From a virus (Duplodnaviria > Caudoviricetes): DNA of 54,061 nucleotides. The stretch spans positions 1 through 54,061 of IMG/VR virus record IMGVR_UViG_3300043602_000277; one strand, given 5' to 3'. How positions within the stretch are numbered: position 1 is the stretch's first letter; the number at the start of each line of letters is the position of its first letter. Positions 8,639-16,389 of the stretch are shown here, in pieces. The notes under the pieces are model-generated. The model was not told the DNA's origin. It saw nothing but the letters and a program-made list of their open reading frames with translations, and did not search any database. Position numbers and translations under genes: made by a program.

Positions 8639-9415
8639 ATGTTGATCACTCGCTGGAAGCAGGGAGCCGACATCATTCCTCTGCTGTACGACAACGACAC
8701 ACCGGCTGGCGATGCGCCGACTGGCGGGCTGTCCGAGGAGGCCATGAAGGCTTTCAACAAACGCCTGGAGAAGCTCGACAACAACGCGCAAGCGATGGCG
8801 ATGCTGCTCTTCGGCGAAAATTTCCAGCTGCGCGACAAAGTGCGCTCGATGGAGGGCAGGGTCTCTCCAGAGGGCGCAACCGTCTTAACCGGCGACGATG
8901 CCAAAGCCTGGGACATCTACAAGGCGCTGGGCAAGCCGGAAACCGTCAAGCAGGGTCTTGACGAGCGAGGCCAGTTCCAGGGTGAACTGGAGTCACTGAG
9001 GCGCGAGGCCATTCTACGCAGGGTCGCAGAGGTCGCCGGCTTCAAATACAACATTTTGGCCGACCGCGAAAAGGCGGCGAGGGCGGACAACAAACCGTTG
9101 GCCTTCGAGGTGCGCGAAGTTGAGGTGGATGGCGTCAAAAAGGCGACCGCCTTCATCAAGGAAGGCTCGACCGAAAAGACAGCCGAGGACTATGCCAGGG
9201 AGCAGTGGTCTGACTACCTCAGCGTCCTGCAAGTCACCCAGGGCGGTGACCAGCAGCAGAGCACAACCGCTGCCCACAATGGCACGCGCTTCATCGGCCA
9301 AACCGCAGCCAATGGCGGCAATCGGGGCGCACCTGATCCTGTCGCCAAATTCCTGCAAGAACAAGCCGAAGCGGCGAAGGCGATTAGCAATCCCTTCGTT
9401 ACACCAGACAAGTAA
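8639..9415 (+). CDS. Capsid scaffolding protein (probable)
   Basis: AAGGAG RBS; helical/coiled-coil with a low-complexity C-terminus; upstream of capsid genes. Confidence 0.7.
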   Translation: MLITRWKQGADIIPLLYDNDTPAGDAPTGGLSEEAMKAFNKRLEKLDNNAQAMAMLLFGENFQLRDKVRSMEGRVSPEGATVLTGDDAKAWDIYKALGKPETVKQGLDERGQFQGELESLRREAILRRVAEVAGFKYNILADREKAARADNKPLAFEVREVEVDGVKKATAFIKEGSTEKTAEDYAREQWSDYLSVLQVTQGGDQQQSTTAAHNGTRFIGQTAANGGNRGAPDPVAKFLQEQAEAAKAISNPFVTPDK

Positions 9416-9425
9416 GGAGTCAACC

Positions 9426-10061
9426 ATGCCGTGGACACAAACCTCCTTTGTCGCGACACCTGATTTTATCGTCGATCCCGAATCCATCGACCGCAACAGC
9501 GGGCGAGTGATCGACTGGAGCCAGGTGCCGGACAGCTACAAGGCAGGCACAACCTATAGCATCACCACCACCGCACAAGCGGCGGCAGCTGCTGTCGCCA
9601 TTTTGGTGCAGGCGCTGCCGGTCGCCTTACCCAGCGGCACCGTGCTCAACTTTGCCGGCGCCGGACGCTTTGCCACACTCACCGCTCCCGCAGCGGTCGG
9701 CGCTACCAGCCTGACCGTTGAAGCGCTGGATGTCATCATCCCGACCGCCACCGCTGCACCCTATACCGTCTCCAAGAGCGGCAACAAGGCCATTCTCTCC
9801 GGCACCGTCATGGCGCAGCTCGCCAGTGGCAGAGTTGTGCCGAGGGCAGCCAGGCCAGGATCGGAAACGGCGATGGGCCTGCTGTGGGGAACCGCCATCG
9901 AGAACCTGCCCAGCGCGCCACTGAGCGGATATGCCATCATTGTCGGTGGCGTTATCTACGAAAACCTTCTGCCGGAGGTGATCACAGCCTTCAAGAGCGA
10001 ACTGGTCACCAATGGCTCCGGCTGGGTCTGGCAGACCTACCAAGATAGCACGGAGGCGTAA
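9426..10061 (+). CDS. Head decoration protein (probable)
   Basis: AAGGAG RBS; between scaffold and MCP; Ala/Thr-rich, ILSGTVM...GVIYENLLP. Confidence 0.65.
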   Translation: MPWTQTSFVATPDFIVDPESIDRNSGRVIDWSQVPDSYKAGTTYSITTTAQAAAAAVAILVQALPVALPSGTVLNFAGAGRFATLTAPAAVGATSLTVEALDVIIPTATAAPYTVSKSGNKAILSGTVMAQLASGRVVPRAARPGSETAMGLLWGTAIENLPSAPLSGYAIIVGGVIYENLLPEVITAFKSELVTNGSGWVWQTYQDSTEA

Positions 10062-10063
10062 GC

Positions 10064-11191
10064 ATGTTTACTAATTTTGCCGAAGCCCTGGCAGCGCTAG
10101 GGCCAAATGCCGGCGCGCGCATCATCAACGCCGCGCGCCCCACTTCCGACTATCTTCTCAACACCTTCCTGCCTGAGCGCCTCATGACCGATTACTCGGT
10201 CAACGCCGCCAACATGCTCGTCCGCACGACGATGGCCGGCATGGTCTCGATGGACAGCCCTTACCCGCCAGGCGGATTGGTCGAGCTGCAAACCTTCTTT
10301 GAACAGTCTCTCAAGCTCGGGATCAGCAACCGCATGATCGAGGCGCAGATCCGCCAGCTCCAGCAGTTGCTCATGGGGTTGCAACTCGCCGGTTCGCTGA
10401 CCAATGACTTCCTCCAGCGCGAGGCCTTCAACTTCTACCAAAAAACGGTCGTGCAGGCCATCCTAGACCGCGCCGAGTGGATGCGGGCGCAGGCGATGAT
10501 CTATGGCGCCATCAACTGGACATTCAACCAGAAGCCGGTCTCAGTCAGCTACGGCATCCCTGCCGGCAACTTCCTGACCACACGCACCGATGCCAACAAC
10601 GATTCCTACTCCGACACCGGCAGTAAATTTTGGGAAGATGTCGCCAACGCTCAGGGCATCCTGCGCTACAACCTGCGCGGCGCCGTTATGAACACCGCCA
10701 CCTATCTCAAAATTCTGAGCCAACCGGCCAACAACATCATCGTCCTGGCGCAGAGCAACAACAGCGTCACGGTCACGCGCACGACTTCACGCAGCGGCAA
10801 CACCGTGCAAGACAACGATGCTCGCTACACCATGCAGTTTGTGCTCTACGACCGTGAGGCCGAGGTGATGGACACCACGCCACCGAACCTGGGCAAGACC
10901 GAGATCAAAAAGTTTGTGCCAGATGGCAAGATCATCTACATCGGCGCCAACACCGCCAGTGGCTATGTGGTCGGCGAAGGCTCAACACGCAACCCACGCG
11001 CCGATATGGAGATCGGCTATCACCACATCGCCCCGACCGTTGAAGGCGGCGGCGCACCTGGCCGCTGGGGCCGCATGTACGTGCCGGAAGGCTATCCGAT
11101 GCAACTGATCGCCGAGGGCGCCAGCAACGAGCTGCCCGTCATCCTGGCGCCGGAGAAGATCTGCATCGCTACCACCGAGATGCTGCCGTAG
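10064..11191 (+). CDS. Major capsid protein (lambda gpE-like)
   Basis: 375 aa; LNTFLP, AILDRAEWMRAQAMIYG, VSYGIP and C-terminal LPVI motifs; position. Confidence 0.85.
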   Translation: MFTNFAEALAALGPNAGARIINAARPTSDYLLNTFLPERLMTDYSVNAANMLVRTTMAGMVSMDSPYPPGGLVELQTFFEQSLKLGISNRMIEAQIRQLQQLLMGLQLAGSLTNDFLQREAFNFYQKTVVQAILDRAEWMRAQAMIYGAINWTFNQKPVSVSYGIPAGNFLTTRTDANNDSYSDTGSKFWEDVANAQGILRYNLRGAVMNTATYLKILSQPANNIIVLAQSNNSVTVTRTTSRSGNTVQDNDARYTMQFVLYDREAEVMDTTPPNLGKTEIKKFVPDGKIIYIGANTASGYVVGEGSTRNPRADMEIGYHHIAPTVEGGGAPGRWGRMYVPEGYPMQLIAEGASNELPVILAPEKICIATTEMLP

Positions 11192-11250
11192 TTCACCGAC
11201 TTTTACCGACTTTTACCGACTTTTACCGACTTTTACCGACTTTTACCGAT
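11191..11250 (+). repeat. 10-bp tandem repeat TTTTACCGAC x6 (4 perfect, 2 imperfect)
   Basis: Visible directly between the MCP stop and the next RBS. Confidence 0.97.
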
Positions 11251-11262
11251 AAGGAGCGATCT

Positions 11263-11565
11263 ATGTCAGACCCACAAACCCAAACACCAGCGGCACCGCG
11301 CGACCAAACGCCGGTGGCGGTCAACCTGGACGAAGAACGCATGTACCGCGCCAACGACGCCGACACTAGCGCCACTACAGTCGGCCCTGGGCCTGCTGTG
11401 GTGCCGAAGTGGGTGGCTGAGGAGTGGGGCGTCGAATACAAAGCCGCACCCGCTGGCGGAACCAAAGACCTGCCGCGTGCGGAGGGCTCGCCAGAGAGCA
11501 AGCCTGGCGCAGAGGGCTCCACACCCAAAGCGGGCAGCAGGGACAAACCTGAACAGAGCCGATAG
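11263..11565 (+). CDS. Small head-associated protein
   Basis: AAGGAG RBS; shares a GPG...P...AE..WG motif with the next gene. Confidence 0.7.
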   Translation: MSDPQTQTPAAPRDQTPVAVNLDEERMYRANDADTSATTVGPGPAVVPKWVAEEWGVEYKAAPAGGTKDLPRAEGSPESKPGAEGSTPKAGSRDKPEQSR

Positions 11566-11576
11566 GGAGATCCGCC

Positions 11577-11975
11577 ATGAGCGAAAGAGTCTATGTGACC
11601 TTGCCGCGCACGGTCTCCTATGCCGAAGAGGGATCGCCCGAACTGGCCTACGGGCCAGGGAGGGCGCATATCCCTCTTCCACTCGCCGAGTCGCTTAAAG
11701 AGTGGGGCATTATCAGCGAGTGGTCGACCAGCGCGCCCACTGCACCTGACACCTCGCCGATCAAGCCGAGCGACGAACTGGCCGCCGACTTCCCAGGTCG
11801 CGAATACCTCTACATGGCCGGCTACACCAGCTATGGACAGGTCGCCGAGCTGGACAAAGAAGAGCTGGATGCCTTGCCAGGCATCGGCGAAGCGACCGCT
11901 GACAAGATCCTGGCGGCGATGGCTGCTGCCGAGAAAAGGATGCCGCCAGATGCCGCACAGCCTGACGCCAGCTGA
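11577..11975 (+). CDS. Helix-hairpin-helix domain protein
   Basis: ELDALPGIGEATADKIL HhH motif. Confidence 0.75.
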   Translation: MSERVYVTLPRTVSYAEEGSPELAYGPGRAHIPLPLAESLKEWGIISEWSTSAPTAPDTSPIKPSDELAADFPGREYLYMAGYTSYGQVAELDKEELDALPGIGEATADKILAAMAAAEKRMPPDAAQPDAS

Positions 11976-12369
11976 CCTGCTGTACCCGCGCGGCGAGCTG
12001 CAACCGAAGATGTTTCCCGACCGTGCTGCCGGCGCCAATGCCGAGGATGCGCTGGAAGAGTGGCTCGACCAGGCCGACCTGCTGATCGTGGGCGTGGCAG
12101 CCAGCCGGCAGAACGCCGCGGCCCGGGCCTACTGTTATGCCAGGGCTTTCCGAGCGATGGCGATGAAGATCGGCGCGCTGCCGGATTCCAGCAGTGATTC
12201 CGGCGTGCCGATGAACGTCGGCACCAGCTGGAGCCAGGAGCGCATCCACTATTGGGAAGGCCGCGCGGCTGAGCAGGATCGCCTCTTCTCCGGCATCGTC
12301 GGCGATGTCAGTCTGGCCGATTCGGATGCAGGCCAGGGCGGCACTGTGCGCGTCGTGGCGGTGTGGTGA
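11950..12369 (+). CDS. Head-tail adaptor (probable)
   Basis: Position, size and helical character; ATG at 11950. Confidence 0.55.
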   Translation: MPHSLTPADLLYPRGELQPKMFPDRAAGANAEDALEEWLDQADLLIVGVAASRQNAAARAYCYARAFRAMAMKIGALPDSSSDSGVPMNVGTSWSQERIHYWEGRAAEQDRLFSGIVGDVSLADSDAGQGGTVRVVAVW

Positions 12370-12899
12370 TGGGAGAGGCGCTCTGGGCCGACCTCGACGC
12401 CTGGCAGGCAGAGATCCTGAGCCCGCTCATGGACGATCTGCAATTTCCAACGCTGCCGGTCAAGATGGTCGCCTGCACGCTCGTTCGCAACTATGTCGAG
12501 TGGGACAACCCTGCGGTCTGGACATTTCCGGCCATCATTGTCTCCAGCTCGACCCTGCGCCGTCCGGCCACAGAAACCATGTTCGGCGATGGCATCGCTC
12601 ACTACCGCAAGCACATTCCTTATCGCTGGTTCGCTGTGGTGGAGGGCGATTCCTTCACCTCAGAGCGCGATGCCAAAGTGCTGGAAAAGCGGCTGGAGAC
12701 ATTGGCTCGCCGGCTGGTGGCTGGCGGCTGGGGCGCCGGATCTGCTTTCCCGCTGCCAGCCGATGGCAGCGGCGAACGTCTGTCGACCATCAGGGTCGGC
12801 GACAGCGCCATCGCCCGCTATCCGCGCGGCACCGAAGCCGAGGACGATCCCTGGTGGGGAGTGGCGTCATTGGATATCGAGCTCGTCACTACGGTTTAG
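12363..12899 (+). CDS. Tail terminator/completion protein (probable)
   Basis: FPAIIV motif, beta-rich C-terminus; upstream of the tail tube gene. Confidence 0.55.
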   Translation: MVMGEALWADLDAWQAEILSPLMDDLQFPTLPVKMVACTLVRNYVEWDNPAVWTFPAIIVSSSTLRRPATETMFGDGIAHYRKHIPYRWFAVVEGDSFTSERDAKVLEKRLETLARRLVAGGWGAGSAFPLPADGSGERLSTIRVGDSAIARYPRGTEAEDDPWWGVASLDIELVTTV

Positions 12900-13586
12900 G
12901 CTGGTACTGATTCAGTTGTGGGGGAGTGGTAAATGCCCGTTCGACCGTCCAGTTTCTGCGAAGTATGCGATTTCTCAAGAGATCATAGGAAAGACCTAAT
13001 TCTTGTGACCAGTCGGCTAGTATCTGGCTCTTTCCGTTGAAGGTGATGAGAACGTTGTCTGAGCGGTTTCTTTGTTGCTCGGCGCGTGTCGCCCAACGTA
13101 GATTGCCAGGCTCGTAATGGCCGTCGTTGTCAATGCGGTCAAGCGTGCGGTTTTCTTCACCGAAACCAGGAAGCGTACTGACATGGTTGTAAAACGACTG
13201 AACGTCGTAAATCCAGGGCTCGTAGACATGAATACCACGCCCGCCATACCTGTGATAATTTGCGGAAGATGGCTGGGTGCAGCGGCCCACCATGCTATGC
13301 CAGGTCGAGTGGATACGCGTATTCCAGAGGCCATGAACGCGCTTCTGCTCAGATGTCATTTCTTTATGCAGACAGCCGCAAGAGCGCGAGCGTCCCGTTC
13401 GCAAACTTGTTTGTCTCACGATTCGCTCTGTGCCACAGTCACAGCGGCACAGCGGCACAGCCAATAGCTACATTGGGAGGTGGTATGCGACCAGGAGAGA
13501 ACAAGCCAACGTCCGAAGCGCTGGTCTGTCAAATCGACAAAGTTGGGGCGGTGCGTTTTGGGTCTTGGGGTATACTTGGAGGGCAT
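12889..13586 (-). pseudogene. HNH homing endonuclease, frameshifted by an 8-bp duplication
   Basis: DLTDQRFGRWLVL...YWLCRC and CDCG...SCGC...TLDRIDNDGHYEPGNLRWAT lie in different frames; ACAGCGGC x2 at 13441-13456. Confidence 0.88.
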
Positions 13587-13687
13587 GGAAGAGTCTCCTT
13601 TCATGCCAAGCCCAGGGGTGTTACAAGCACCGCCTGGGTATCTGTTTGCAAGGACTTTATTATAGCTCAGATGAGCTATTTACACAA
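13571..13687 (-). promoter_or_regulatory. Structured leader of the HNH gene (promoter, two hairpins, antisense -10)
   Basis: Minus-strand TTGTGT-17-TATAAT; hairpin CCCAGG-CGGTG-CTTGTAA-CACC-CCTGGG; RBS hairpin GGCATG..AAAGGAG..CATGCC; plus-strand TATACT at 13571. Confidence 0.6.
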
Positions 13688-13701
13688 GCAAGGAGGTATC
13701 T

Positions 13702-14751
13702 ATGGCCGGTGAAAAGGTGCCGTCGACCACGTCGAGATTTAAGGTTGGGGCTCAAGTTGCCAAAGGCACACCTGCTACGAAGGTCGTCTGCGGCACCATG
13801 ACCATGAGCGGTCTCAACGCCACCAAAGACCCGATTGACAAGGGCGGCGAGCATGGCTGCAACACCGGGCCGGATCGTGCCACCGTTCACAAAAGCGAGC
13901 AGCGCTATAGCTCCTTCATCGTCAACGGTTCGTTCCGCGGCTATATGTACCCTGACCTGATCGGCTATCTCTTGCTCGGCGCAGGTTTTACGGTGGTCAC
14001 CACAGCCGGCGCCGGAGCCGCGTTGGGCACCTACAGCCACGTCTTTACGCTGGCGATGCGTACCGTCGTTCCCTGGCTCAGCGTCCACAGCCAGATCGGC
14101 AGCAAGAACCGCCTGGCGGTCGATGCGCGTGTCAACCAGCTGACCTTTACCGCCAATGCCCAGGGCTTCACCTACAATGGCACCTTCCAGGCACTCAAAG
14201 AGGACGAAGTACCTGTGTCCGGCATCGTCACCACCAACGAAGAGGTCATCGAAGTCCTGACCACACGCGGATCAATGATCCTCAACTACGACCCTGACGG
14301 GACGCCGGTGACGATGTTGGCGGCGGAGCAGGAGGGCTTCACGCTGGTCATCAACAACCCCTTCGACCAAGACCAGCAGAAGTTGTTTAGCTTTGGACGT
14401 GGCGACCTACCGCAAACAGGGCTCGACGTGACCGGCACCGTCGAAGGGCTCAACGTCGACTATCTCAACTATGAGCGCATCAAAGGCGGGGCAGTGGGCG
14501 TGGATACCATCGCCGACGATTGCGCGCTCGCCAAGATCGACGTTACCTTCAACAGCGCCGAAAACATTCTGACGACCGCCATCCCCTACAGCATCCGTTT
14601 TGAGATCCCACACGCCGAAGTCACCCTGAACGACTTCCAGGCCGAGGGCACCAACACGGTCGAATGGACGTTCCCGTTCCGCATGGTGGATGACAATGCC
14701 ACACCGATCAAGATCACGCTCGTCAACAAACTTCCCAGCTACGCAGGCTAA
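13702..14751 (+). CDS. Tail tube (major tail) protein
   Basis: AAGGAGG RBS; VGAQVAKGTPA, YSHVFT, ARVNQLTF and IKITLVN motifs. Confidence 0.85.
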   Translation: MAGEKVPSTTSRFKVGAQVAKGTPATKVVCGTMTMSGLNATKDPIDKGGEHGCNTGPDRATVHKSEQRYSSFIVNGSFRGYMYPDLIGYLLLGAGFTVVTTAGAGAALGTYSHVFTLAMRTVVPWLSVHSQIGSKNRLAVDARVNQLTFTANAQGFTYNGTFQALKEDEVPVSGIVTTNEEVIEVLTTRGSMILNYDPDGTPVTMLAAEQEGFTLVINNPFDQDQQKLFSFGRGDLPQTGLDVTGTVEGLNVDYLNYERIKGGAVGVDTIADDCALAKIDVTFNSAENILTTAIPYSIRFEIPHAEVTLNDFQAEGTNTVEWTFPFRMVDDNATPIKITLVNKLPSYAG

Positions 14752-14755
14752 ACCT

Positions 14756-15262
14756 ATGAACCTCGGGGCCAAGCGCACGGTGATCTGGACAACGCCGCCA
14801 CAAAATGGCGATGGCGAAGTGGAGGATTACCGCTTCACATTTAGCAGTTGCACGACGGTCGACATGGGCCGCTACTGGAGCGCCATGCGCGTTTTTGAGG
14901 CCTGGTTTGAAAAGGAGCAAGGGCAGAGTTATGACGATGCCCGCCTGGGCAGCGACAAAGAGGTGTCCGCGCGAGCGGTGACGCTATGGCTGCGCGCGTA
15001 CAACTACGCCATGATCATCGCCAGCCTGCAAGGGCTGGAGCGGCGCATGCGCGCGCCAGAGATCACCAACGGCAATGCGCCTGCCTGGACACCTGCCGAG
15101 ATTCCGGTCGAGTGGCAGAGCCAGGCGGGCTTTGAGGCCAATGCGCCACTTGCCATCGTCGGCGCGTTGGCCGAGACCGCCAATGCTGTCAACCCTGGCC
15201 TCTGGCGCCAGCAGGATGATGATGAGGCCAAAAAAAAAGGCGGAGTCAGCGCAAACTGGTAA
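14756..15262 (+). CDS. Tail assembly chaperone (gpG-like)
   Basis: After tail tube; ends in an A9 slippery run (15230-15238). Confidence 0.8.
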   Translation: MNLGAKRTVIWTTPPQNGDGEVEDYRFTFSSCTTVDMGRYWSAMRVFEAWFEKEQGQSYDDARLGSDKEVSARAVTLWLRAYNYAMIIASLQGLERRMRAPEITNGNAPAWTPAEIPVEWQSQAGFEANAPLAIVGALAETANAVNPGLWRQQDDDEAKKKGGVSANW

Positions 15263-15573
15263 AAGGGCTCGCCAAGACGCTGGTGGCAGGCGAGCTGCGC
15301 GCCAAGCAAGAGGCGAAGGACGGGGCGCTGCCTGAGCTGCCAATCAGCCGCAAGGAGCTGGCCGAGGCCGAGCGCAAGGGCTTACTCGACGAGGCCAACC
15401 TCGAGATCTTCATGACGTGGTGGTCGTTCGGTGGCGCCCAGCAAGGCATCTCACCCATGCAGGCCGCCGAGATGCCCGCAGCGATGCGCCAGGACTTTGC
15501 CTACATCCTCGAGGAGATCCGCAAAGAACGCCGGCGCCAAGAGAGTCTTGAGAAAAAGGTCAAACCACCGTAG
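15230..15573 (+). CDS. -1 frameshift extension of the tail chaperone (gpGT-like)
   Basis: The -1 frame from the A9 run reads KKRRSQRKLVKGLAKTLVAGELR... and is open to 15573. Confidence 0.8.
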
Positions 15574-15614
15574 ATCAATCCATTTTGCAATAAACGTTAC
15601 ACGGTCATTTTGAC

Positions 15615-15658
15615 CCGCCAGTTTACAAGTTATTGCCGCCGCCAGTTTACAAGTTATT
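15615..15658. repeat. 20-bp direct repeat CCGCCAGTTTACAAGTTATT x2
   Basis: Copies at 15615-15634 and 15639-15658 in a 333-bp intergenic gap. Confidence 0.9.
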
Positions 15659-15906
15659 CCCGAAAAGGGGCTTTTTTTCGCCCATCGCAGCCATCAAGAT
15701 CGCTTAGATCGGCTTAAATCGGCCATTTTGAGGCCGTTTGCCACAGAGGATGAATGTAGAGACCCATTTTGGATCGCCCTGTGGTGCCCCTTGTGACACT
15801 GCATCAAAAGTTGCTTAATCGCGATCACAAGGAATTGCCGATTATGCTGCTATATAGCCATACGAAATGCAGGATAGATTGCGTGGCAGAAGGAGCAAAA
15901 TAGACC

Positions 15907-16389
15907 ATGATGACCTTGCGACCTAGCGCGCAGAGCACACAGCAATTCTTCCAAACCATCGAAAGCATCCAGCAGCTCACCACTCCACCGGCGCCGCTGG
16001 TCTCGGCCATCCAGCAGGCGATCTGCGAAGAGTTTGAGCGCAACTTTACCAGCGAGGCAGATGCCGGACTGAGCTGGCCGCGCCTGTCCGAAGTCACCAT
16101 TCGCATCCGTCTGGCGCAGGGCTTTGGCGCCGGCCCGATCCTGGTTCGCACCGGCGACTACAAACGCAGCTGGGTTGATCCGACGCATCCGGCTCACGTT
16201 CATGAGCTACGCCAGTCCTCCAGCCATTGGTCGGTGGAGGAGGGATCAGAACATGCCTTCACTGCCAAGCATGAGCTGGGCGAGGGCAAGACACCGGCTC
16301 GTCCGGCCAGGAACGTGACCGTGGCCGGCGAAGAGCGAATCAGCCGCGTGATCGACGCAGGGCTGAGAAGGATACTCGCCAAGAGATGA
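15907..16389 (+). CDS. Phage virion morphogenesis protein (Mu gpG-like)
   Basis: FERNF.SE....WPRLSE.T...PILVRTG...HELG...PARP signature. Confidence 0.8.
   Translation: MMTLRPSAQSTQQFFQTIESIQQLTTPPAPLVSAIQQAICEEFERNFTSEADAGLSWPRLSEVTIRIRLAQGFGAGPILVRTGDYKRSWVDPTHPAHVHELRQSSSHWSVEEGSEHAFTAKHELGEGKTPARPARNVTVAGEERISRVIDAGLRRILAKR

Noticed and set aside
11191-11250. CRISPR or mini-CRISPR array (also considered for 15615-15658 and 38924-39014)
   Set aside because: Units are too short, lack unique ~30-nt spacers, and no cas genes are present.
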